Positions 11,780 through 25,136 of a stretch of DNA of 64,000 bases are shown piece after piece (the stretch's first letter is position 1; every line of letters begins with the position of its first letter). The stretch spans positions 2,545,320 to 2,609,319 of the forward strand of contig ML992501.1 of the NCBI GenBank assembly GCA_010093995.1, in the 5' to 3' direction. Under the pieces are notes generated by a model. That model saw nothing but the letters and a program-made list of their open reading frames with translations. It searched no databases and was not told the origin of the DNA. A program made the position numbers and the translations under genes. The DNA comes from Elsinoe ampelina (taxonomy: Eukaryota).

Positions 11780-14700
11780 TAAACTAAGGAATTATATTCT
11801 TAGGTAATATAGTTAGGCTATTTATCTAGTAATATTAATTATTTCTCTAGATTAACCGTATTCTTCTTCGCTATAGCTTGTACGCGTGTCTATATCTTAG
11901 CCCTCTACTTCTCTATTTCTTCGTAAATAACTTTCTATACTATTAACGGCCTACCCTATCTACTATTAAGCCACTTCTAAGGCCTATAGAATAGAGCTAT
12001 TAGCTTTATTATAAACGCCTCTATGTGGTTAGCCTTCTAAGACTTAATATTCCTACGGACCTAGGCGAGACACTAGAGGACTAATCGTAGCACCGACGCT
12101 ATATTAAGCAAGATTATAGTGTCGAAGCGGTTAAGGTTTAGACTAGTCTTAATCGCCCTACCCTAAGCAATTAGGATCCTTAAACCTTCTAGCCTCGGGG
12201 GCTTAATAAACATATTATTAAATATAGCTACGTTAACAATGTCTATACGGGAAGGTATAGGTGTTATTCTATAGTAGATAACAACTATATTAGAATCCTT
12301 ATCGATCTTAATTGCTTTACCGTCTAGGTGCTACTCGAGCTATTTTAGATACTATGCCCTTGTTAGTAATAACCTAATTAAACTAAATAGTTTAAACTAA
12401 CTATCGTAGCGACTGCTAGCACTAAAGGTATAAACGTATAGACGATTACTTGCCTCTTTAACTACTTCGAGTAGGAGACATTCTACTTAATAATCTCAGA
12501 AATAACACTACGAAGGACTTATATCTAAGGACTAGCGTGAATCTTGTCTATATGCTACTATAACGCTGTCGCCGAGGAGTTACGTATAATATCGTAGGCG
12601 TACTTAATAGTGTAGTTGCTAAACTCCTCTTTAACCGTAGGGCTATTCTAGAAGATATCTATAAGAGCGAGAAACATAGAGAAAAGTAGTAGCGGCGTAA
12701 CTAGGCTTAGTATTTGCTCCTTAGTCTTCTTATTAAGAATCGTCTCTAATATAACTTTAGACTTATTAGGTTTATCCTTTTACTTCTCGATCGCCTCCTA
12801 TATACTCTTATCTATATCCTTTTCGATCTTCTTCTATGTAGCTATAAGACTATAAAGATACTTATTCTCGATAGTAATCTCTAGGTCGAATGTTAAATGC
12901 GGTAGGACTCTAACTACTAGCAGACCGGGGGTAGTATCGAATAGTTTCTAGACATAGTCTACATTTATCTTAATAAGAATTTCAGTAAGAATGTAGCCCT
13001 ATTTAGTAACTGTTATAGAGATCTCTACTATAAACTCTATACTCCTCTTTTTGTTAAACTTACTAGAGTCGTTATTCGCCTTATACTATTTGTTAATTAC
13101 GTAGGCATAGTCCGATGCCTCTTAGAAGTTAAGCTTATTAGCGATAGCTCGTCGAGTAGCGTCTAGTTCTTTCTTCGGCCTTACTTAAACTAGGTTGTCC
13201 TTAGACTTAGTTAGCTTCTAACTAGATTTATAGATATAGGTGTTAATATATTATCCTATTCCTTTTCTATTTTTAAGCTTCTCTAACCTAAAGTCCTTAT
13301 ATATAGTAGCCGTTAAGAACGCTACTACGTTTAAGCACTTAACAAATAGCGTCCCGCTTATACCTAGTATAAAAGGCCTCTCTAGTAGCATTCCTAGACA
13401 GGACTAGGTCTACGTCTTCTAGCTAGTGACCTAGTGGAACTCATTGAAGATAACAGCGGCCTAATAGATAGAGATAGCCCCCTTCTTCCTCTTAGCTCCC
13501 CTAGGAACAAAGTTCTAGTTATTAGTATCTACGTTGTCTTTGCTAAGGAAGTAGTTAATTATAGTATCGCAAGTAGTAAAGAAGAACTAATTATTTATCT
13601 ATGCTTTCTTAGGGTACTTATTACGTATATCGACGAGGTCTATAACTCTAATAGTGTTAATAGGCTTACTAGTCTTTCGATCTTTTAGCTAAGTCTCCTA
13701 TTTATAGTAGCCTTTAGGTAGATCCTCTTCGTAAACTAAAGAGTCTATGTTATATACGTTACTATACTCTGTCTTTTACACTTCTTTGTTTAAATTTCCC
13801 TAGCATAGGACGATCTTTGCCTTAGGCATAAACTTACGTGTCTCTTACGCTTACTATTTTATTACGTTTAATTCTCTAAGAATTAGATTATAGCTAATAG
13901 TATCGGCAGAACTAATAGTTAGCTATAGGTTGTCGACAAGTGTCGTTGCCTTCTAGTACTTGCTCTATTACTCCTCGGATATAGTAGCATATCTACAATC
14001 CTTTAGCACCTCTTTATTTAAGAGTAAAAGGAGATAGAGTATAAAGAGGCCTATCGGAGTCTTCCCGAATTCTATCTTATATGTAAACACAAATACTAGG
14101 TAGCCTTCGAGGTACTTCTTAATTGTAATAAGCGCTAAGTACATCTATGCTGCCTCGACTAGATACTTCTTGTTCTAATACTAATAAAATACACTAGCGT
14201 TCGGTAAGTAAATGTCTTTCTTAAAGCCTATAAAGTTATAGCCTCTTTCCTAGAACTCTTCGGACTAGTAATTGATTCTAGTACCTACGGGGATAAAGCT
14301 CTAGTAGGCTAGATCATTACTAGTTTACTTGTCGTTATTGTTGTTAATAGTATAAAGTTCGACGAAGTTAGAGCTGCTAAGGGTCTTATTAAACGTGCAT
14401 TTTGCTAGTGCTAGTATAGGTATAGATAGCTCCTTAGGGACTAGCGGAATATAGTATCTAGCTAACTCTTTGCTTAGTATAACTATAAAGGGATATTTAT
14501 CTATGTCTCGGCATTGCTTGTAGTATTTATCTTCTATCACTCGAGTAGGGCGCTACTCGATAGTAGGATTATCGTCGGCTAGCGGTAGAGGAGTAATTCG
14601 CTTTTTAGGGGTAGAGTTACGTAGTAGTATAACCTTAGTCGGAGATAGAGGAGCTAGAGGATTATCTTCTTCTTTACCCTCGACTAGGGCTAATAGCTTC

Positions 14701-15820
14701 CAACTATTACGATACTAGAGGGGGTCGACTAAGTATGTTAGTAAACACCCGAGTTAAACTAAGTGTTAAACTTATAAAGTACTTTAGTAGAAAGTTTCTT
14801 AACGAGATTCGTACTAGGCGTAAGATAGAAGAAGATTAGGTTAGAACCTTCCGTTAGGGAGTTAACATAGTTAATAATAGCGGCACGTAGGTCGTAATTA
14901 TCGATAATAGGGAGGATCTTATATAGCTCTATATAGTCTATCTACACAAGTATAATGTTATTACTAATTAATTTCTTCTCCTTTAGAAATAGCCTAATTT
15001 TGTTAAGGCTATATATATTTAGATCGTAAGTGTCCTTATCTCGTCGATAGTACTATAGACTTAACGCCTATAGACGATATAAATATTCTCTTTTTATAAT
15101 TATGCCCGGACTAACGTCTAAATACTTAACGCTTATAAACTTAATAATAGTTTTGTCGATGATACTCTAGACTAGATAGGACGTGTCTTCTAGCATTTGC
15201 TACTAACGTATAGGCTAACTAGTGCAGCTATTAAGACCTATACCTACGAGTCCGCTACTAAGTATAGAAGTCTCTAATCTTTCGGAGAGTCTACTATTAG
15301 ACTAGGTAGTAGAGTAGCGCTTTCTAATCTACTTCTTAGGATATACTCTCTCGTCTACTTCGGTCTAGTTCTTCTCGTTCCTAAGCTCTTACGCCTTAAT
15401 ACTAAGGACGAAATCCTTAATAACATTACGGCCGGATATATCGTTTATAACGCCGACGTTCTTCTTAAACTAGTCTTAATCGTAATAGTTTAGTCTCCTA
15501 AAGAAGATCTCTATATAGCCTTACTAAGGGTCCTATAGGTTATTCTTAATGTTAATTATAATCGTAGCTATATTAGCGTTGCTAGTCTAAGGTTCCTTAT
15601 AATCTAATTCGAAAGACGTATAGGTATCCTTATATAGTTCCTATGCTCTTACGCGTGCGGCGGTGTATATATCGTCGTCCTAGTTAAAGAATTTAAGGAA
15701 GAATGCCTTAAGCTTAATGTTCTAATCGAGCTATGCTTAAATATCTATAGGAGATCTCTCGTAGAGCGGAATTTCGCTTATAGCCTAGCTAGCGCCGTTA
15801 GGCTAATTCTTAGACATATT
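11780..15820 (-). pseudogene. RIP-inactivated SNF2-family (SF2) helicase/ATPase carried by the Plavaka element (boundaries approximate)
   Basis: Motif I FTYKIEFGKT -> FAHEMGFGKT (14058-14087); Ia QWAQETRKFMPKAKIVLCWG (~13797-13857); II VIFNEFH -> VIFDEFH (13434-13454); III ISGTL -> MSGTP (~13347-13362); V ILIA.GRAI.TGLNLNRFDT.ILLD and VI QCLARVRR (~12050-12180). Confidence 0.8.
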
Positions 15821-17094
15821 ATATACGTTTATAAGCTTAGTATATACTATAAATAAGGCTTTAAATAATGTCTAGTAAACAGATCGAGTAGGTACGATAG
15901 ATGTTAAGTAAGAGATCTTACGAAGGTATAGCGTGTTTATAAGTTTAGAAGAATTAAGGAGAGGATTTATTAACGTAGCGAGTCTATACACTTTGTAATA
16001 TATGTCTAACTAAGACTTGACTAAAAGAAGAGATATCCTATTTAAGAGCACTTAAAATAGAGATTAAAGAGGTTAAAGAAGTGCTAAAGAACTGCATAAG
16101 TTACTTGTTTATAGCTAAGAGAGGGTAAATAAAGATAAATAATAGCGACAAGTAAGAAGAGTAGTAACCTAAATTTAGTCGATTTAGGTCGGGCCCTAAA
16201 CTAAGTACGTAGGTAGTGTACTAGATACAGCGTACATGTAACAGTAGATAACTTAGTTTAGACACTAAACTAATAGTAACTATAGTCCGTACACTTAGTT
16301 ACCTTTCGTTTTATATAATGTGTAAACTAAGGATACTACTATTGTTATTAGGTACTTAACGTAAATAGATTAAACTATATTTTAGTAGCGGAACTAAATT
16401 CGTATACGAGGCATAAATAGAATATAATTAGACAGTATATAGCGGAATAAGGGACATAGTATAGCTTATAGACGCTAGTAAAGGAATAAAGAAAGTTATA
16501 TACTACTATCTAATTGTCTAAACTTTATAATTGCTATATGCGAAGCTAAGGGGTAGAGTAGAGTAATAGCTATATATTCCGCATAATAAGCAATTAATAG
16601 TACATTTCACAAAATTATATATACGCTTTATTCCTCGCCTAGCTCCGCTATAGAGGCAATAGCGAAGGAGGACGCTACGGGTATAGCTCCGCCTAAGACG
16701 CCTTCTACTATAAGCTTATAGCTCGAAGGAGGTAGTAGGCGTACCCTTACCTACGATATGCTTCTATATTTCCCCCTTTGTTACACTAGTTGTAACTCTA
16801 CTATCCTGTCCTAAACATTCTTATCTTATAAGGTAGGCACTCCCTAGTAGACACCTTCTTCTCTATTCTCTTCGTATATGCTAGAACCCCTAATAGCGTA
16901 GTTAGCAGCGTAGGAGAGCGCTCTATAATAGATTCGTTTAGTCGTAGCTACTAGGCGGAGACAGTATTAGATTCTACCGATACTACGTAGCTAGTATAGA
17001 GAATACTATAGAGGAAGGTAAAGACGGCGAAAGGGAGAGAGCCGTTAAAATCTCCTACGTATATAGAAGCCTATATCGGCGCAGTCGGCAAGAT

Positions 17095-17405
17095 AGAGAG
17101 GTATATTAACATAGCTTTACTTAGGTATAACTACTAGGTAGAGACGGTGTTTAATCCTACTAACACTACGCTATTAGTGTAGAGGATGCTATAGGGGGCA
17201 GTAGTAACGTCGAGAGAGAAGAAGGTGTCGAGGTCTCCCTATATATACTTAGGCGCGCGGCGGCGTAGTCGGCATAATAGAGAGGTACACTATAATAGAT
17301 TTGCTTAGGTGTAACTACTAGGAGGAGACAGTGTTTAATCCTACTAACACTACGCTACTAGTATAGAGGATACTAATAGAGGCGGTAGTAGCGGCGAGAG
17401 AGAAG
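17095..17405. repeat. Two diverged copies of a ~125-bp segment about 183 bp apart
   Basis: cttaggt.taactactagg..gagac.gtgtttaatcctactaacactacgcta..agt.tagaggat at ~17120-17188 and ~17304-17371. Confidence 0.8.
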
Positions 17406-20400
17406 TCGATATTAACGTCGCTATTATAGATACGACAATAGATAATTGTAGTACACTAGGCAGGGGCGTCGCTTTAATAGATAGTTAGCTATTGTCGAGG
17501 TTAGATAGAGGGGAGAGTATAGGTTACACTAGTAACGCTAACGTCTATAATTAGGTTAGTGTAGGCAGAGAGTACAAACTAAGGCGTTATTACGCATTAT
17601 ATATACAGTGTAGCTCTGTCGCTACAGATCGAGTATATAATATAAATATAAGGAGATAGAGTTAGATACGTCGAACTTTAAAATTTTACAAGTTTTAGTT
17701 TAGGCTAACTAATTATAACTAAGTAACACTTAGGTATATACCCCTTATAAACTAAGACTTACGACTTCTAAGGCTAATCTATCTCGAGCGACACTCCTAC
17801 CTAACTGCTAACTATACTGCCGCTTCCCCCTTTCCTCTCTACTCTCCTTAGCTACACTTACATCTACTTCTTATTAACTAGCGATGTACTTAATCGAAGC
17901 TATTAAGTAAGCCCTCGCCCTCGACGACAAAGGCTATAGAGACTTATATAGTCTCTTAGAGGATATCATAGTAAGTAAAGGCATAGTTAGAAGAACATTT
18001 AGGTTAATTTCTAATAGGAGAAGACTAGAGAAGAAGATGCTTCCGGTAGTACTAGACAGTAATAACATTCGATGTACGTTTCGGCATACGATAGAGCTAT
18101 TAGAGAGCGGCGACAGTTAAGCTACCTTCTATACTCTCGTCTATAAGATAAGTACGAACTTTAGACGTTAGTAGGTATAGTTACACTTAAGATTATATAA
18201 GCCTAGAGGGACATAAAATAATACTAACACGCCTACCTCGATTAAATCCTCGGATCGCTAATTGTAATTATAAGCGCCTTCGCTCTCTAATCGATTAAAC
18301 AATATGCTATTAGTAGTTCGTAAGGATAGAGAGATACGCCCTGTCTACTCGATTAGAGATCTCCTACTTATACGTCGTAAAGCTATAGCTAACATGTCTA
18401 AAGAGAACGTAGATATCGAGTTTAATTAGCTAAGAGTAATATCGATTATAACGGACTACTATATATACAATAGGCAAAGCGATATAATAGGGTAGAAGGA
18501 CGATAGAACGCTATATTTCGCTACGATAGAGAATGCTATTTAGTTTAAGGCTGTTATCTTGTCTAAGATATTACATAGTTCGCCTCTATATATCCTAATA
18601 AGGCGACGAGATTAAGGGAAGCATCTAGCGGAGACAAGTATAAAGCATAATAGTCCGGTAGTAGACTAAGTCGAACTAAAACGTAGTAGGTAAGCCCTGC
18701 TAAGCCGTACCTACTACTAAACCCTAAGGATTTAGTTTAACTAGCACGCTTTATCCTTCCTTACCTTCTAACTAGATCGACCTATAGAATTATTCGTATA
18801 AGCTATCTTTCTATAATTAATTTATTTAGTCTAGTAGTATCCTTATATAAGGCTCCTAAGTATAGATATTAACTACACCGACCTTGTTTCTTTAGTAGCT
18901 AACATCTAGACTATAGAATTAAGCACGTAGGCTTCTCTTATTTGTTTAGGTATAGAAGTATAGTCTTCCGACGGTCTACCTAACTAGTTCGGGCCTTAGC
19001 TTAGAAGCTCTCTACTAGACACGTAAGAAGAAGAGTATAATTACGTCGGTAGCTAGTAAAAGCAACATAGGACTCGGTGGCCTAAATAGCTTAATAGATA
19101 GCAACTCTTAGAGGAAGACATTACACTTATATAGTAGAAGGTAGGCTAATTACGAATAATAATAGAGGAAAACGCTAGCGCGATTAGACAACTATAGTAA
19201 GAGAACTTTATACTTAGGGAGCATATTAGTAAAGCTTTTCGGGGGTTTAGTGTTGCCTCTACGGACCTTACTAGGGAGTTTAGGGGCTTATTTAGATTAG
19301 ACAAGAGTATACGGCGCTATACTAATAGTACTACTCTACTATTACTAAGTATAGTTACCGATAGCTAATCGACGCTCGCCTCTCGTAGTAATATAATTAG
19401 TAGATAATAAGTATCTCCGTCTAGCGTACCCTATTTAGACACACTAGACTACGAGGTAGAGAGCGATTAGTGCTTTTAACACTTAGAAGACGTTCTACTT
19501 AGTAAAGGGGGGGCTACTAGCGTAATTAGTAAGGGAGCTATAGTATAAATTATACTACCTATCTATATATAGAAGAGCTAATATCTATAGTCTCTCGAAT
19601 TAGTTTATAATTGCTTAGTATAAGTTTAATCTACAATTTCTCTCTATAATATTCTACCTCTAGTATTGCTTAACGTAACTATAAATGCCTTGTTTAGTTT
19701 AAGTATTTAGTCTAAGTAAGTTCGAGCATCTTTCTTTTTTAGTTTAGGTTCTAATAATTAGCACGCCGCGAGTTAGAACTAGCTATAAGTTCAATTTAAT
19801 ACTCTTGCTAGTTACAATTTCTGTAGAGTATAGGCGGATATAACTAGATTTAATTAGAAGAAAGTCGCGTACTCTAAACACTAAACTAAGCCGTTATCTA
19901 ACTTAAACTAACGCTAAGTTACTATAACTCGTATAAGACGACTATTCCCGTTATAGTATACATTGTTAGGGCCCGTCGTGCTAAACTCTCTTATACCTAT
20001 ATACCTCTTAACTAAAACGATTAGAATAAGTAATGTCCTAGTTACGTTAGCGTCGGCATAGCTTAGGCTATAAGGCCGATAATTATTACAAAGATGACAA
20101 TTTAAGTTAGGTAGACTAGAACGAAGAAGAGTATAGCTTTATTAGTAAGGAGAGCTAGGCTAACTATATAGGCCGCAAATACAATATTAAAGACAAAGGA
20201 GAAGGTATAGATCGGACATCGCTACGCTTAATCTAAGATTAAGAGAGCTATAAGCCGATAAGAATAGCCTAGCGTTAGCCTCTATACTAGTTCGGTTAGT
20301 AAAACGACATTTATAGGACATACTAAACAAGTATAGTAACATCTTCGTAGTAGTATAAGACAAATTATATATAAGTACAGCTATTAGGTAGAATTATAAT

Positions 20401-23046
20401 ACAATGTTACTAACGTTAAGTAATCGATAGCTCCTTATGCGAATTATAAGGCACTAGCGCTCGATCCGTAAGTAGCTACTAGTAGCTTATCTATAGAGGA
20501 CAATAGGTAAATACTCTTCCGCAATTATAGCTAGTAAAGTATATTACTTACTAAAGTTAATTACTTGCTAATAACGTCTAGCTCCGAGAGACGCTCTACT
20601 ATAGTTATAATAACATTACACGATTAGTAAGCGAGATACTCTAGCGCGAATAGCTTATATAAGGGCTAGAGGATAGCGAGCTACCGAATTAGGCACGTAA
20701 GCTACTAGAGGAACAAATGTATTAATATAAGGATAGTAATCTAGTATACAATAGATGTACTTATTAATTAACTACTAACGTATAGCAGCGGAAACGCTTT
20801 AGAAGTTCTTTAATATATAAAGCCTTCCGAGTAGCCTTTATTAGACGTAGAGGCTTAGCTATAATAGATAGCACTCGCTATTACTTCTAGGAACTAACAC
20901 TCTTTCTCGTCTTCTCCCTTCTAGTAACAATTTATATACTCTTAGTTAAGTAAGCAAATAGTGTTAAGTTCTACTTACCTAAGGGAGTAGTAGTGTTCTA
21001 TCGTATTAAACCCTTAGAACTCGATTATGTCCGACTAAGTATTTAAAATAACTTTCTTACGTAGATTAGCTAGAGATAAGCTCTTATTTTTCGTTAGCTA
21101 AAGCTTAGCTTTACTAAGTGTATCGAGAAGAATAGGCTTACTATTATTATAGTAGTATCGAATATTTCTCTTTATACTACTACTATAGAAGGGTTATTAG
21201 ATAAGAAGGATATATACTAAAGGTGTATAGATACCTTCCTATTTTAGTTTAGTCTATCTAAATTTAAACTAACCTATAGAGAAGTTACGTGCTTAAGGGC
21301 GGACCTAATTGTAAAGGGGATAGCTATAATATAGCGCCGGCACGTAATGCTTCTACTAAGTAGCTAGTATAAGGTAGGCTTAATCGTCCTATTAGCTTTT
21401 TAGTCTTAATATAAATAGATAGAGAAGAGCGTTAAGCTAATAATAAACACTTAATCGCTGTATATTAAGGTACTACTTAGTTCGTGTATAGGAACGGAGT
21501 ACTAAAACACTATATAGCTACTTCTATAGTATAAGCGTAACTAGCGTAAGTGCCTAATATAGACAATAACCTTGCCGTAACTATAACTACAACTGCGACT
21601 ACTCCTAAACTAGGTTAGGTTGTAGTTAGAGTATATAAGGAGGATTAATAGACTTATTAACAACATTCTTATAGGCTACTTAATTATACACGTACTATAC
21701 TATCCTAAGAACCTAATAGCGATTTACTAATAATAGAGGCATAGTAGAAGGATTTCTTAAATATATAAACATAGATAAATTTTTTGTCCTTTATACGTAA
21801 GGAGTTTAGAGGCTTATTACGTAAACTAGTATTATAGTACTAAATAGCCTAGGGGCGTAGTAGTAGTAGCTTAGTAATAGAAGGGGATAGACAACTACTA
21901 GATAGAGATGCTTTCCTAGAACTAATAAGAAGGGATATTAGATCGTAAGTAAATAATATATACATTGTTATTAAGAGGAGCGTCACGTAGAACATTAAGT
22001 AATATATATATACTCTTAATAATCTCGTATCCTTACTAGACGTAATAGATAGTTAATAAGGCTTTGTGTGTTTTATAGACATACGTGATACATACTACGA
22101 GGTAGGTAGTCCAAAATCGAGCTGATTGCCTTTATAACAACGAACTAATGGATCTGTGAACTAAGAGACACCCTAACTAAGACGAACTAATGCGTCGGGA
22201 TGCGCTATACACCATCGCATTTTGCGTGTGCTACGTTTGGTAGGTTCTTGCAAAAAAAAATGCGTTGCTTCCAAGCAGGACCCAGGGGTGACTAGGGAAT
22301 TGCATCGAACTGAATCGGACTGAGTTAGTTGCTTGGAAGCAGTCCAACGCAGCTCCCTAGCGTTAGGGATTTCGTGACGTAGTCACGCAAATTCGCGGAG
22401 GGCTTGCCAAGCTTATCCCGCGATTTTTGGGCACAAGAATAGAGCCGAAACAGTCCGAGCTCCAACTGGCGATGACGGTGGGAGAGACTTGTTGCTCCGG
22501 CCCTCAACACTCCACTCGATATCGCACCCATTGAGTGACCACTTCTTCACCACCGTGCCTGTACATATACATCCTCTTTCTCAACCAATTCTGAGCACTC
22601 TGCTTCTTTCATCGAGCTGTCGCCGCACTCGCCACGCGTGGGAACAGCGACAAATACTTTTTTTTGACCCCTCCGAGAAATAAAGCGGGGCACTTTCCTT
22701 CAATTCGACGACACATCACAAAGACACGCCACGACAGAACAAGACCATTGAGGTTCAGGAACGCAGAGAGGGATAAAGTAGTACATGTGAGTATAACCTC
22801 TTTATCTTTGCTGCCGCCGCCTCGCCGAACATCGCTGCCCTGGAGATCTCGCCGACGACGCTTCACCGCTGAATAATCCTGGATATCTGGATTGCATAAA
22901 GGACCATGGACAGCTCCTCCAAGCTTTCATCGACAGCACGTGTTGAGGATAGCACCAATTCAGCGACGGATGAATCACAAGAAAGGTACATTGCAACACA
23001 TGACGAGACTAACACGCTAGGAGAGAACATCAGCTTCAACTACAGA

Positions 23047-24789
23047 ATGGTCGGACGTAAGCCACCATCCCGCAAGGGTAAGTATTATCTATCTAGGCGT
23101 TCAGAACGGATGCTGAATATCGAACAGGATCCATGGCCGATGTGCCTCGCGACTTGCTCGACGAAATCACTCGCCTGGAGGAGCTCTTCAAGGTCCCGAC
23201 AGAGAAGTTGAAGGAAATTACCGATCACTTTGTCAAGGAAATGATCAGAGGTGAGTTCGATGACCATATAAGGTAGTTCATAGCTCGAGCTAACAATTTC
23301 ATCTAGGCTTGTCAAAGGAGGGCGGAACCATTGTAAGGATACAGTGGACCGGTCATCTGATCAGGCTGACATTCCTAGCCCATGAACCCGACTTGGTGCA
23401 TGAGCTTCCCCACTGGTGACGAGACTGGAACGTTCCTCGCCCTCGACATGGGTGGCACAAACCTTCGTGTCTGTGAGATTGTGCTTACCGACGAGCCTGG
23501 AGAGTTCGAAGTCATCCAGTCGAAGTACCGCATGCCTGAGGAGCTCAAAACAGGGACAGCGGACGAGCTGTGGGGATACATTGCCGATTGCTTGCAGCAA
23601 TTCATTGAGTACCACCACGAAGGGGAGAAGCTTGATCAGATGCCTCTCGGTTTCTGCTTCTCCTACCCTGCCACCCAGGACTACATCGACCATGGTGTCC
23701 TCCAACGCTGGACCAAGGGTTTCGACATCGAAGGAGTTGAGGGCAAGGATGTTGTGCCACCATTCGAGGAGGCTCTCAAGGAGAGGGTGAGTTCTTCGTA
23801 ACACAGGCAAAGTCACCGGCTGACATGTCTAGGGCGTACCTATCAAACTCACCGCGTTGACCAACGACACCACCGGCACACTGATCGCCTCCAGCTATAC
23901 AGACCCAGAGATGAAGATTGGTTGTATCTTCGGCACTGGCTGCAATGCTGCCTACATGGAGAACTGCGGATCCATTCCAAAGCTTGAACACATGAAGCTT
24001 CCAGCCGATACGCCCATGGTCATCAACTGCGAGTGGGGTGCTTTCGACAATGAGAACAAGGTCCTTCCCAGGACTGAGTACGATAAGATCATCGACAGGG
24101 ACTCTCCCCGTCCAGGACAGCAAGCTTTCGAGAAGATGATCGCAGGGCTTTACCTTGGTGAGGTCTTCCGTCTTGTTCTTGTGGATCTGCACGAGAACAG
24201 GGACTGCAAGATCTTCGAGGGTCAAGACATCAGCAAGCTCAAGAAGGCATACTCGCTAGATTCTGGATTCCTTGCTGAGATCGAAGAGTGAGTAGAACCA
24301 CCAACGAAACCATCACTCAGCTGACAATGTCCTAGGGACCCCTTCGAGAACTTGGAAGAAACCCGCAACCTGATCCAGAACACCCTAAGCATCACCTGCA
24401 CCAAGCCTGAGCTGGAGTTGATCCGTAAGCTTGCGGAACTTATTGGTACTCGTGCTGCTCGTCTCTCAGCGTGTGGTGTCGCTGGTATCTGCAAGAAGAA
24501 GGGATGGGAGACTGCACATGTCGGCGCCGATGGTAGTGTCTTTAACAAATACCCTCACTTCAAGGCCCGTGGAGCTCAAGCTCTGAAGGAGATTCTCGAC
24601 TGGCCTGCAAGGAGGAGGGGTCAGAAGGAGGACCCGATCGAGATTCTGCCCTCTGAAGACGGTAGCGGTGTTGGTTCGGCGCTCATCGCAGCTCTCACTC
24701 TGGAGCGTGTGCAGAAGGGTAATCATTATGGTATTCGAGATGCCGCCGGCATGGTGGAAGGCACCGCAGCAGCCAAGTCTTCGGCTTAG
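23047..24789 (+). CDS. HXK1: Hexokinase (multi-exon)
   Basis: MVGRKPPSRKGSMADVP N-terminus; LALDMGGTNLRV, LGFCFSYP, WTKGF, NDTTGT, GCIFGTGCNAAY, INCEWGAFD, FEKMIAGLYLGE and EDGSGVG motifs; several GT-AG introns. Confidence 0.95.
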
Positions 24790-25136
24790 TTCTGCCTCAA
24801 CGAGGTGGTAACAGAGGTTGCGCGAGGACCATCTCCACACTCACGACTTCACATGAGCGATGTCAAACCGCGAGAAGAATCGCATGTCACAATAGAAACT
24901 ACCTACAATAAACCTAGGCGGAAGTCAATACGGATTCCACAATGGACATACGATTGTTCGCACATGCCCGGCTCCACCTATTGCTTGCTTGACAATAGCA
25001 CACAACCACCATTGACCAACGTGCATATTACATTACTTCTCTCCCTACCGCTGCATATCTACCCGCAACCACTGCTTACCTAGACTTCGAAATACCTCAT
25101 CATCGACCACGTTCACTTTAAAGCACATCATTCAAC

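Larger units (their letters stand above)
5820..22379. mobile_element. 16.56-kb Plavaka-type DNA transposon with cargo genes (RIP-degraded)
   Basis: TIR cgtcacgaaatccctaa (5820-5836) is the exact reverse complement of 22363-22379; TA at 5818-5819 and 22380-22381; subterminal repeats at 5910-5990; internal Plavaka transposase relic. Confidence 0.85.
1812..22439 (+). mobile_element. Outer Tc1/mariner-IS630-like element with 34-bp perfect TIRs and TA flanks, expanded by nested insertions
   Basis: ttcttgtgcccaaaaatcgcgggataagcttggc at 1812-1845 is the exact reverse complement of 22406-22439; TA at 1810-1811 and 22440-22441; a DDE transposase relic lies just inside the left end. Confidence 0.65.

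Noticed and set aside
1900..22100. Starship element or centromere
   Set aside because: No tyrosine-recombinase captain motif was recognised and the block is explained by TIR-bounded DDE elements; centromere identity cannot be judged from sequence alone
22906..23046. N-terminal extension of hexokinase from the ATG at 22906
   Set aside because: The region contains intron signals (gtacat..ctaac..tag) and the family-typical N-terminus starts at 23047; more likely spliced 5'UTR
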